From: a virus
Taxonomy: Duplodnaviria; Caudoviricetes
Strand: one strand, 5' to 3'
Length of the DNA: 62,070 nucleotides
Virus record (IMG/VR): IMGVR_UViG_3300017742_000005
Span: 1-62,070 of that record
The notes beneath the pieces are model-generated. The model did not search any database, was not told the DNA's origin, and saw only the letters and a list, made by a program, of their open reading frames with translations. The position numbers and the translations under genes are program-made. Positions 27,376 through 36,850 of this stretch are shown here, one piece after another. The first letter of the stretch is position 1; each line of letters begins with the position of its first letter.

Positions 27376-27873
27376 ATGTGGGGTAAAAAGAAAAAACCAA
27401 AATTAGACGAGAATGGAAAACCTATTCCAGTTAAGTTAGCTGACAAAGATAAAATTTTTAATAATACATACGGTGATCAAGATGTAACCGAAAATAAAGT
27501 TAACTTTACAGTTGCTGCTACTTACGGTGATAGCATGGATCCAGATGATAGGATGCATTATGAATTACTAATTAAGAAAATAGATAAAATAATTAAGGGG
27601 AGTGAATACGAACATTTAAATGAAGCAACACCAGAAGGCGTTATTAAAAAATTAAATAAGGTTCAGATTAATCGTGTCTATTCTCATATTATAGAAAAGA
27701 TAGGTGACGGTTATACAAGAGTTGATTTGTTCAGTGTCATATCAGATTATTTTGATGTATTTCCTAATAAATTTTATAATTCACTTTCCAACAAATTTAA
27801 AGATGAACTTATTAAAGAATTAGATGATAAGTATAATATCCTAGAAAAAAGAAAAATCCGAAAATTATTTTAA
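27376..27873 (+). CDS. Hypothetical protein; C-terminus weakly resembles the gp33 late co-activator
   Basis: Helical C-terminal pattern only. Confidence 0.4.
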   Translation: MWGKKKKPKLDENGKPIPVKLADKDKIFNNTYGDQDVTENKVNFTVAATYGDSMDPDDRMHYELLIKKIDKIIKGSEYEHLNEATPEGVIKKLNKVQINRVYSHIIEKIGDGYTRVDLFSVISDYFDVFPNKFYNSLSNKFKDELIKELDDKYNILEKRKIRKLF

Positions 27874-27874
27874 T

Positions 27875-28960
27875 ATGGCAAGAGTTTGGATGGTGAGTGA
27901 TTCGCATTTAGGATGTAGATCAAATTCTGTATTATGGCTTAATATTATTGAAGATTACTTTTTTAACTTTTTTATTCCTTTGGTAAAAAAAGAATATAAA
28001 GAAGGTGATGTTCTTTATCATTTAGGTGATGTATTTGATAATCGACAAAGTGTCAATTTAGCAGCACAAGATTTAGCAATTAGAGTATTTGAAGAATTAG
28101 GAAAAATATTTCCAGATGTGCATATCATTGTAGGTAATCATGATATCATGAGAAAAAACTCAAATGAAATTGCATCTGTTGATTGTTTAAAATATATTCC
28201 TAATGTTACGGTACATAAAGAACCTAAGATTTTACAGTATGGAAAAACTAAATGTTTACTGATGCCTTGGAGAAGAGATCATAAACATGAAAAGGAAACA
28301 TTAGATTCAATAAAGGAAAAAATTGATTATATGTTTTGTCATACTGAAACAAGAGGTGTTCAAACTAGCCCAAGTACAAAACATTTACATGAAGGTGGTA
28401 ATGAAGTAGGCATCTTTAAAAGATTTAAAAGAGTATACTCTGGTCATATTCACTATAGGCAAGATAAGCAGAATTTTGTTTTAGTAGGTAATCCTTATCA
28501 AATGACCAGATCTGATAGAGGTAATCAAAAAGGTATATACTTATTAGATTTAGATACAGGTAAGCACCAATTCTTTATGAATAAAAGGAGTCCAGAATTT
28601 ATAAGGTATTATATTAATGATATCTTAGAGATGCGTATGGAGGATATAAAGAAAGAAATTAAGGATAATTTTGTAGATGTTTTTATACCATCAAATGTAT
28701 TAGGAAAGTATAATATTAATATGTTTATGGATTATCTTGATGGTGTTGCTAGAAAATTAGAGCCTAGAATTTATGATGAAGAAAATCCTTATGATAGAGA
28801 AGATGGTGAAATGTCTGATTTTAACGGAGAACTTAATCTAATGAATATTGCTGCTGAATATATTAATTCATTAGAATATGAAGAGGATTTAAAAGATAGG
28901 CTAAAGACGTCGGTACAAGAATTATATAAAAGAACATTATCACCTAACTATGAAGATTAA
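27875..28960 (+). CDS. gp47: Mre11/SbcD-like recombination nuclease
   Basis: SDSHLG, LGDVFD, VGNHD, SGHIH. Confidence 0.92.
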   Translation: MARVWMVSDSHLGCRSNSVLWLNIIEDYFFNFFIPLVKKEYKEGDVLYHLGDVFDNRQSVNLAAQDLAIRVFEELGKIFPDVHIIVGNHDIMRKNSNEIASVDCLKYIPNVTVHKEPKILQYGKTKCLLMPWRRDHKHEKETLDSIKEKIDYMFCHTETRGVQTSPSTKHLHEGGNEVGIFKRFKRVYSGHIHYRQDKQNFVLVGNPYQMTRSDRGNQKGIYLLDLDTGKHQFFMNKRSPEFIRYYINDILEMRMEDIKKEIKDNFVDVFIPSNVLGKYNINMFMDYLDGVARKLEPRIYDEENPYDREDGEMSDFNGELNLMNIAAEYINSLEYEEDLKDRLKTSVQELYKRTLSPNYED

Positions 28961-30620
28961 AAAGGTAGAATTTAAAAACTTTGCAAGTTACGGAAACCGA
29001 ACACAGGTAATAGAATTTGATAAAGATAAAAGTGATCTTTATTTAGTTCTTGGTGGAAATGGTGCAGGTAAGAGTACTCTTGCTAAAGTAATTACATATT
29101 TATGTTATGGTAAAGTAGAAGGTTCCACTTTAAAAGATTTACCTAACAGAGTAAACGGTGCTCTTTGGGGTAGGATAGAATTAGAATCTAAAAATAATAC
29201 CGTTGAAATAGAAAGAGGAATTAATCCAGGTATTTTTAACGTAAAAATAAATGGTTCTGAATATGATGTTGCAGGTAAAGTAAACCTTCAGGATTTTTTA
29301 GAAACTGAAATTTATGAAATACCATATCATGTATTTAAGAATGTAATTATTTTATCCGTAAATGATTTTAAGTCTTTTATAACAATGTCTCCGTATGATA
29401 AGAAAAGAATTATTGATAAGATATTTGGATTTTCTATCATTAATGAAATGGCAGAGTCTGTAAAGGAAAAGAGAAGATCTATAATTGAAGAAATTAGAAC
29501 ATATGAAGACGAGATCCGAACTCTTAATGAATCTATAGAATCCGTTATAGAAAAGATAACACAATTTGAAAAGGTAAGCAAAAGTAAAGATGCTGAAAAG
29601 ATAAAAATACTTAAAGAAAAGTTAGTAGAATTAAACGGTAATAGAAAGAAATTAAAAGACTTAACAGCATCTACAAAACTCAACCTAGAAAAATTAGATG
29701 AAGATTCTAGAAAAAAGAATAACCAAAGATCATCACTAAATAATAAAATCAATACAGTTAAGAAGGAGCTTAAGCTTTATGAAAACAATGCATGCCCTAC
29801 ATGTACAGCTCCTCTTAACTCTGATTTTCATTTAGATATAAAAAAGGAAAAGGAAGAAAAGTTAGATTCTCTATTTACTGAATGGAATCAGATAAAGGTT
29901 GATGCTGAAAAGGCTGAAGCTGATTTAACAGACTTAAGACAAAAAGGTAGAAAGATCCACGTCAAAGTTGGTCAATTAGAAACACAGATGGAAGCCATTA
30001 AAGATAAGTTAATTGAAATGGCTGATAAAGATGAATCAGAATCATCAACACATCTCAAACAATTGGTCAAGGATTTTAAAGTTCGTAAAGATGATAAAAC
30101 TACTGGTAAGCTTAAGAGCGAAGGCGAAGATTATTATTTAACCATCTTGGAAAATATAATGGGCGAAAATGGGATTAAGAATTTAGCAGTAAGATCTATA
30201 CTCCCTTCTTTTAACAATCATATTCTTTTAATGGGAAGAGAAATGGGCATACCTTTCGGTATTAGATTTAATGAAAAGTTTTATTGTTCTCTTCATCATT
30301 TAGGAACTGAGATTAGTCCTAAGACATTAAGCACGGGTGAAAAGAAAAAAGTTGATTTTGTAATTATCATGGCATTAATAAAAATGATTAAAGTTAGGTT
30401 CCCTTCTCTTAATATTTTATTCCTAGATGAAATCTTCTCTTCTATTGACTCTGATGGTGTCCACCATATAATTAATATACTTCATAATACTATTCAAGAT
30501 ATAGGCCTTAATACCTTTGTTATCAACCATACAGTTTTACCGAGTGAATATTTTGATAAAAAGATTGAAATAACAAAAGACGGTGGCTTTAGTGAATTTA
30601 ACATTGAATCTATTGGATAA
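28950..30620 (+). CDS. gp46: Rad50/SbcC-like ATPase
   Basis: GGNGAGKS, CPTC hook, LSTGE, FLDEIF. Confidence 0.93.
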   Translation: MKIKKVEFKNFASYGNRTQVIEFDKDKSDLYLVLGGNGAGKSTLAKVITYLCYGKVEGSTLKDLPNRVNGALWGRIELESKNNTVEIERGINPGIFNVKINGSEYDVAGKVNLQDFLETEIYEIPYHVFKNVIILSVNDFKSFITMSPYDKKRIIDKIFGFSIINEMAESVKEKRRSIIEEIRTYEDEIRTLNESIESVIEKITQFEKVSKSKDAEKIKILKEKLVELNGNRKKLKDLTASTKLNLEKLDEDSRKKNNQRSSLNNKINTVKKELKLYENNACPTCTAPLNSDFHLDIKKEKEEKLDSLFTEWNQIKVDAEKAEADLTDLRQKGRKIHVKVGQLETQMEAIKDKLIEMADKDESESSTHLKQLVKDFKVRKDDKTTGKLKSEGEDYYLTILENIMGENGIKNLAVRSILPSFNNHILLMGREMGIPFGIRFNEKFYCSLHHLGTEISPKTLSTGEKKKVDFVIIMALIKMIKVRFPSLNILFLDEIFSSIDSDGVHHIINILHNTIQDIGLNTFVINHTVLPSEYFDKKIEITKDGGFSEFNIESIG

Positions 30621-30645
30621 ATAGAATATAAACAAAGTCTAATAA

Positions 30646-31602
30646 ATGTCAGCATATAATCAAGAATTTAATAAAGATAATACTATCCTCAGATACTTAG
30701 TAGTAGGTATGCTTGCTGAGTTAAGTAAAAAGGTTTATTATTATAACCAGGTAGATGAGGATACTCTAAAGAAAATTGAAGTACCTTTCTTTTATTCAGT
30801 TTCCGGAAACGAAAGATTTCTTTTAGATAATTTTATGTTTGATGCTGAAAAGGCAGGTAAAGCTATTGGTGATTATGAAGTAGTTCCTAGAGGTATTATT
30901 CAAATGAATTCAATGTCTATTAATGCAGATGAACAAACTAATAAATTTACAAGAGCAGAATTTGTTAGAGAATGGGAAGGTGTATTAAAAACCTTTTCTT
31001 TAATGACAAATTTTTTACCTGTAACTATAGGATTCGGCGTTACTGTAATATGTTCTAATAATTTAGAAATGTTAAAGGTTACCGATTCTATTATGAGTAA
31101 GTTATATAAAGGTACCTTATTTAATGTTGATTTAGGAATGTTTAGGGTTAACGCATCAATGTCAGTTCCTGAAGATTTTTCACAAGAAAGATTATTTGAA
31201 TGGGGATTAAATGATAAAAAAGAATTCCAGGTTACTTTTGATATGGAATTAAAATCATTTATGCCAGTGTTTGAGAGTGGTATATTATTAGCTGAAATTG
31301 ATTATATCACCAGAGAAGCTATAAAATCTAATCCAAATGCTAATGGTATCGGTCAATTAAGATCTGATAGTAACGGTAATTTAGGAATCTATTTTGGTGG
31401 TGTATTTCAGGAATTTAAATTTACTGATGATAATTTAAGAGTTGCTCCAAATACAACGGTTATGAGTAATGAATCATATAACAATACATCAAGTAAAGAA
31501 GTAGGTGGTCCTTATGATGAAAGAAGTATTGATACATCACAAAAAACAAAGGAAAGTGAACCAAGTAGGGTTTACAGAAATGCTAATGATGACGAGGGAT
31601 AA
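30646..31602 (+). CDS. Tail sheath stabiliser/terminator (gp15-like)
   Basis: KIEVPFFYS...ERFL...VPRG pattern; GATAAATA upstream at 30616. Confidence 0.6.
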   Translation: MSAYNQEFNKDNTILRYLVVGMLAELSKKVYYYNQVDEDTLKKIEVPFFYSVSGNERFLLDNFMFDAEKAGKAIGDYEVVPRGIIQMNSMSINADEQTNKFTRAEFVREWEGVLKTFSLMTNFLPVTIGFGVTVICSNNLEMLKVTDSIMSKLYKGTLFNVDLGMFRVNASMSVPEDFSQERLFEWGLNDKKEFQVTFDMELKSFMPVFESGILLAEIDYITREAIKSNPNANGIGQLRSDSNGNLGIYFGGVFQEFKFTDDNLRVAPNTTVMSNESYNNTSSKEVGGPYDERSIDTSQKTKESEPSRVYRNANDDEG

Positions 31603-31649
31603 TTAACTCTAAGATCTTAGAATATATAAAACAAATCAAATTCTATAAT

Positions 31650-33626
31650 ATGGAAAAAGTTATTAAAGAAGGACAAACTCAGGTTTACTCAGGTGGTTCA
31701 ATAGACCGTCAATATGGTGTTAACACTGATGCTCCTTACCTTAATATGCCACCTCAGCAATTAATTGATATTGTTGGTGTTTTATTTGCCCAGAGTGGAA
31801 AAACAAAACTAGATGGTAAAAACGGTAAGGTTGTTGAAAGTGGACCGATGACAGATTCACAAGTACTTGCAATTCTTGTAGGTATGGGAACTCCTCAACA
31901 ATTAGCAATGAGTGCAATTAATGCCTTCAAAGGAAATCAAACAGAAATTACAGAAAATAATAATAAACAAAAAAATCATAACGAAATGAAATTTACAATT
32001 GCTGAACTGCACGAAAATGTTATGAAGAGCATTGATGCATTAAAGGAAATGAATTCGGATAATTCCAGAGTTTCTTATTCTGCTAAAAATGCACTTGACA
32101 TTTTAGAAGAATCTTTAAAGGCATTCCCAATGAGATTCAAAAACGAAGAAACTGAAGTTATCAGTGAAGAAATAGAAAACAGTGTTAATCCTATGTTGAA
32201 ATTTAACATTGCTAAACATCTTCACAAAAGCTTAGCCTCTTCAGATTGGTTAAATCCAATCACAGAACTAAGAGCTTATATTACTGGAGCTTATAATGAT
32301 ACTAAATGGTCATTCAGAGTATCTGAAGCGATCGCTCGTACACAAACACAAAAAGGTAAAATGTATGAAGGATTAGTAAATGACCTAGAAGGTTTATTAA
32401 ATGAATCTTCTGATTCTATTAAATCTAAGTTTTCTGCAATTGCTGCAAAGAACCCATGGTCAATGGATTGTAAAGCTATTCTTAATGAAATGAAAGCAGA
32501 AGATAATAAAGCTGTATCAAACAGTGGTGGTAATATTTCTACTATTCTTTCACCAGTTTTAGAATCTGAAAAAGGATTAACATTCCACTTACATGGAAAG
32601 AATTATAATTTTGATGGAAAAACAATTACTGAAGCCGATGTTAAAGATGCTAGATTCTTTGATGTATTAGAAGGATTAGGAATGTTTAAGAATATGAATA
32701 ATACTTTAGTTACTTTTGGTGAAGGTAATGATAGAACTTTAGAATTTAATTTAACTGAAGGTACTATTAAGTTAGGAAAGACTGATTTATCAAATGCTAG
32801 TATAATTGAATTAAAAGAATCTTTAATGGCTCTTAACTTTTTCGGTTATAGAAATCAATGGAAAATAGATAAAGTATGTAAATTCTTTGAATCTGTTGAT
32901 CTTCTTGCTGAAATGGATAATTTTACAAATATTACTTCAACCGAATTTGATAATTTATTTTTAACTATGATAGGTGTAAATGAAGGAATTTATGTAAATA
33001 AAGTTAATTCTGCAATGCACTTAAATGAAATGGTATTTGTACCTTCTGCAACTGAAGCTGTTAAATTAGTAAAAGAATTTATTAATTATGATGCTTCTCC
33101 AATTCTTTCAGAAAGATTAATTGCTGAAAATGATGAAGCTGCTAAAGTTGAAAAAGAAAGATCTGATATCTCTGATAAAATATCATTCCTAGAAGAAAAG
33201 AAAGCTAAAGTTAAAGAAGCTATTAATAAGCTTGGTGAAACTGAAGAACTTACTGAAGCTATGAATTTATTAGAAGAAGAAATTTCTAAGTTTGAAAAAT
33301 CTTTACAAGAAACATATGACAGAGTTGTATTAGGTGGTAATAAAGGCGATAAGTCTAAAACTCATGACGGCGAAGATTATGAAGATGAAGATGAAAAGAA
33401 AGAAGAAGCAGTAACAGAAAAAAAAAGTCGTAACGATTATTTAAACGACGGATTTGTTGAAGCTGAAATTAATAAGAACGGAAATGGTCTTAGAAAAGGT
33501 CAAGAAGTTATGGTAAGTGCTGAAGATTATACTTCTTTAGGCGATGATGATTCTTTAGAATGTATTGATCCAAAAAATGGAAAAACTACAATCTGTCCTA
33601 AAGGTCAACTTAACGTTAAGATTTAA
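31650..33626 (+). CDS. Large hypothetical protein, probably virion-associated
   Basis: Late-type motif at 31621; C-terminal coiled coil; many [LI]xE sites. Confidence 0.55.
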   Translation: MEKVIKEGQTQVYSGGSIDRQYGVNTDAPYLNMPPQQLIDIVGVLFAQSGKTKLDGKNGKVVESGPMTDSQVLAILVGMGTPQQLAMSAINAFKGNQTEITENNNKQKNHNEMKFTIAELHENVMKSIDALKEMNSDNSRVSYSAKNALDILEESLKAFPMRFKNEETEVISEEIENSVNPMLKFNIAKHLHKSLASSDWLNPITELRAYITGAYNDTKWSFRVSEAIARTQTQKGKMYEGLVNDLEGLLNESSDSIKSKFSAIAAKNPWSMDCKAILNEMKAEDNKAVSNSGGNISTILSPVLESEKGLTFHLHGKNYNFDGKTITEADVKDARFFDVLEGLGMFKNMNNTLVTFGEGNDRTLEFNLTEGTIKLGKTDLSNASIIELKESLMALNFFGYRNQWKIDKVCKFFESVDLLAEMDNFTNITSTEFDNLFLTMIGVNEGIYVNKVNSAMHLNEMVFVPSATEAVKLVKEFINYDASPILSERLIAENDEAAKVEKERSDISDKISFLEEKKAKVKEAINKLGETEELTEAMNLLEEEISKFEKSLQETYDRVVLGGNKGDKSKTHDGEDYEDEDEKKEEAVTEKKSRNDYLNDGFVEAEINKNGNGLRKGQEVMVSAEDYTSLGDDDSLECIDPKNGKTTICPKGQLNVKI

Positions 33627-33643
33627 GAAACCTCCCATATTAT

Positions 33644-33680
33644 AAAAGCCGGTAGTAATAATAAACTATCGGCTTTTTTT
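33644..33680 (+). terminator. Intrinsic terminator overlapping the next promoter
   Basis: aaaagccggtagt-aataataa-actatcggcttttttt. Confidence 0.8.
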
Positions 33681-33688
33681 GTATATAA
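33663..33688 (+). promoter_or_regulatory. Bipartite promoter AAAC-N16-ATATAA
   Basis: Upstream of the gp55-like gene. Confidence 0.65.
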
Positions 33689-33710
33689 TAATAAATAAAA
33701 CATTTATGAA

Positions 33711-34076
33711 ATGGCAAGAAAAAGAAATTACTTAAATAATAGAGATCTCCTGGAACAAATAATTTTATCTAAAGAACAGGATGAACTTACACCAAAGGCA
33801 TTAGAATTTCTAATGTTATTAGCAGATAAATGTTCTAGAAAATTATCATATGCAAATCCTGATGATAGACAAGATTGTATAGCATCTGCTTACATGGATT
33901 TATTTAAATATTGGAGAAATTTTAATCCTGAGAAAAGTACTAATGCATTTGCTTATTTTACTGAAATAGCAAAAAGAGGATTTGCTAAAGGTTGGAATAA
34001 ACTTCATCCTAGAAAATATGCCGGTACTGTTTCAATTAACGGTAGCGCTGATAGCGACGGTATTTATACAATATAA
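33711..34076 (+). CDS. gp55: T4-type late sigma factor
   Basis: NYLNNRDL, NFNPEKSTNAFAYFTEI signature. Confidence 0.85.
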   Translation: MARKRNYLNNRDLLEQIILSKEQDELTPKALEFLMLLADKCSRKLSYANPDDRQDCIASAYMDLFKYWRNFNPEKSTNAFAYFTEIAKRGFAKGWNKLHPRKYAGTVSINGSADSDGIYTI

Positions 34077-34082
34077 TATTAA

Positions 34083-34559
34083 ATGGGCATTAAAAAAGTA
34101 AAACCTACTTCTAAGTCTGGATTTAAGCAAGGGTATTATAATCCTACTAATCCACGAAAGTATATTGGGGAGCATCCAATTATATACAGAAGTAGTTGGG
34201 AAAGAAAGTTTTGCCACTGGTGTGATCATAATGAAGAAGTAATAAAATGGGCATCTGAACCTTTCTCTGTAAAATACTTTAATATGTTAGATAAAAAGTT
34301 TCATAATTATTATCCGGATTTTTATATGAAAATGGATAAAGGTGGTATAATGGAAGAATTTGTAGTAGAGATAAAACCTAAAGCACAATTACAAAAACCT
34401 AAAGCACCAAAAAGAAAAACAGCAAAGGCTTTAAAAAACTTTCAACATGGATACGAAACTTATGTAAGAAACCTTTGTAAAACTGAAGCATTAAATAAAA
34501 TGGCAAAGTTAAGAAATTTTAAAGTAATGCTATTAACAGAAGACTCAAAATTATTCTAA
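34083..34559 (+). CDS. gp4: Head completion nuclease
   Basis: NPRKYIG, IIYRSSWE, WASE, YYPDF, VEIKP. Confidence 0.9.
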   Translation: MGIKKVKPTSKSGFKQGYYNPTNPRKYIGEHPIIYRSSWERKFCHWCDHNEEVIKWASEPFSVKYFNMLDKKFHNYYPDFYMKMDKGGIMEEFVVEIKPKAQLQKPKAPKRKTAKALKNFQHGYETYVRNLCKTEALNKMAKLRNFKVMLLTEDSKLF

Positions 34560-35134
34560 TGGCAATAATAGGATCCTTTCAAGAAGACTTAGATATTTAC
34601 CTTGCAGATTATAAAGGTAGAAGTGGAGCATCTAAACAGTCTGATAAAGAATTAAAAAATATAGGGAGTGCGGCAAAAGGTATTTTAGATAATGGAAAAA
34701 TGTATTCTTTTGAATATTTTACTCCAGCTGAAACATTCTATGATACATACCCTTTAGTTTTAGGATTAGGTAAAAGTGATAATGATCACCAACTTGGCGT
34801 TAATCTTCATTATATTCCTTATGATGCTAGACTACCATTTCTTTCAGATGTAATTAAATCATTTAAGAATACTATATCATCTGCAATAAATAAATCTCCA
34901 GGTAATCCTGCTGCTCAACCTAGATTAAGTGAATTTACATATGAAAATTTAAAAAAGTCTTTAGGAAGAAAGTATAATCTTACGTATGCTATTAGGCAAT
35001 ATAGATTAGATAGAATAAGAAAACAGAGGATGTTAGGATATGAGGATTGGTATATAGGTGCCGTTAACAATCAAAATCATTTCTTTGGTGGAAATATAAA
35101 TGAGGCACAAGCATTATATTACAAGAATATATAA
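34559..35134 (+). CDS. gp2: DNA end protector-like protein
   Basis: GKMYSFEY, YDTYPLV, GVNLHYIP, AIRQY. Confidence 0.8.
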   Translation: MAIIGSFQEDLDIYLADYKGRSGASKQSDKELKNIGSAAKGILDNGKMYSFEYFTPAETFYDTYPLVLGLGKSDNDHQLGVNLHYIPYDARLPFLSDVIKSFKNTISSAINKSPGNPAAQPRLSEFTYENLKKSLGRKYNLTYAIRQYRLDRIRKQRMLGYEDWYIGAVNNQNHFFGGNINEAQALYYKNI

Positions 35135-35154
35135 ACAATAAAAGATAAAACAAT

Positions 35155-36801
35155 ATGGCAGGTTTTACTGATAGAAGAGGACCCTTAAGTACAGGCAATC
35201 CAGTAAGGAAGATTTTAAAGGATCTTTCTAATTTAGGCATGGCTTACGATGATATGATTATTCGTAATTCACGAGCGGTTGGGTTTACGGAAAATCAAAT
35301 GGGTTATACCTTTAATCCAATGGGCTCTGATGCCGATGATATGTACAGCGCATTTGCTGCACTATCTTTAACGGATACTACAATGAAAAAGAATATCTCT
35401 ATTTTTGATAGGGATTATGAAAGAAAGAGAGACCAGCTTAGAGAATACGCAGTACAGGATGAGATAGAAGATATCTTAGATGTAATTACCGATGAGGCAA
35501 TTGTATTTGATGAATCTAATTTTATGGCATATGCTGATTTTCACGGTCATATTGCAAGTTCTATCGAAGATGAAATAGATGATGTATATAATAACCTTTA
35601 TAATTACTTTGGCTTTAATGATTCGGTACAGCCTTGGAATTATTTTAGAAAATGGTTAGTTGATGGATTCCTTGCATTTGAAATAGTATATAATGATAAA
35701 CAAACAGAGATTATTGGGTTTAAAGAATTGGATCCTATTTCCTTAATGCCTGGTATTGATACTGACACTGGAAAGAAGCAGTGGGTACAATATAAAGGGC
35801 AAGGTGCTAAAGAGAGAAAGTTATGGGATTCTCAAATTATATACCTTTCTTATTCACAAGTTAATTCCCCAATGAGAATATCTTATGTCGAGAGATTAAT
35901 AAGATCATTTAATCTTTTAAGAATTATGGAAACTACTAGAATTATCTGGGCTGTTTCTAATGCTTCATTTAAAACTCAATTTATTATACCAGTTGGTGGT
36001 AAATCTAAAACTAGAGCAAAGCAATCACTTGCACAGTTAATGAATTCATATAGAGAGGTTGTAGATTTTAACCAAGAAAGTGGTGAAATTGTAACTAACG
36101 GAAAACCAATGATGCCGTTTAATAAAGAGTATTGGTTACCTTCAAAAGACGGTGAATCACCAGAGATTAGTACAATCGGTGGAGATGGTCCTGACTTAGG
36201 AGATACTGAATCTCTAAAGTATTTTGCTGATAGACTAAAAATGGCTTCTAAAATTCCTTTCTCAAGATTTGATAAAGAAGGAGGTAATACATATGATATG
36301 GATGCCAGTGGAATGTTAAGAGATGAAATTAAATTTTCTAAATTTGTTGATCGTTTAAGATCAATATTTCAGGAAATATTAGTTAAGCCTATGTATCTTC
36401 AGATGTGCCTTAACCATCCTGAATTAAAAAATGATGTTTCATTTAAATCAGGACTAGGACTTAATTTTGTTAAAGATAATGTCTTTGAGGAAATGAAAGA
36501 AATGGAATTACAGACTAAGCGAGTTGATTTTATCGGTAACCTAAAAACTCAGTTGAGTACTATGACAGCAGAAATGGAGGAAATTCCATACTTCGATTTA
36601 GGATTCTTGGTTAAGAGATATGGTGGCTTTACTCGTGAAGATTTAAAGGCTAATGCTAGAGCTAAAGAAAGAGCTGATTTAGAGAAAGAAGGGTATTCTG
36701 AAAAGGATATAGAAATGATCCTTTTAGGTGCTGATAAAGCAGATTTTAAACCAGAAAAGAAAGAAGGTGCAGCTGATGAGGATCCATTAGCAGACCTCTA
36801 A
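35155..36801 (+). CDS. gp20: Portal protein
   Basis: FRKWLVDG, SYVERLIR, EYWLP, RDEIKFSKFVDRLR. Confidence 0.92.
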   Translation: MAGFTDRRGPLSTGNPVRKILKDLSNLGMAYDDMIIRNSRAVGFTENQMGYTFNPMGSDADDMYSAFAALSLTDTTMKKNISIFDRDYERKRDQLREYAVQDEIEDILDVITDEAIVFDESNFMAYADFHGHIASSIEDEIDDVYNNLYNYFGFNDSVQPWNYFRKWLVDGFLAFEIVYNDKQTEIIGFKELDPISLMPGIDTDTGKKQWVQYKGQGAKERKLWDSQIIYLSYSQVNSPMRISYVERLIRSFNLLRIMETTRIIWAVSNASFKTQFIIPVGGKSKTRAKQSLAQLMNSYREVVDFNQESGEIVTNGKPMMPFNKEYWLPSKDGESPEISTIGGDGPDLGDTESLKYFADRLKMASKIPFSRFDKEGGNTYDMDASGMLRDEIKFSKFVDRLRSIFQEILVKPMYLQMCLNHPELKNDVSFKSGLGLNFVKDNVFEEMKEMELQTKRVDFIGNLKTQLSTMTAEMEEIPYFDLGFLVKRYGGFTREDLKANARAKERADLEKEGYSEKDIEMILLGADKADFKPEKKEGAADEDPLADL

Positions 36802-36850
36802 CAAAAACCTTACAGAGATTGTAATATATAAATCAAATAACTACTAGAAA

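Noticed and set aside
29327-29752. Minus-strand ORFs here and at 7039, 38131, 41082, 47121, 53525, 59110, 60103 and similar
   Set aside because: Antisense shadows of well-supported plus-strand genes with no recognisable motifs.
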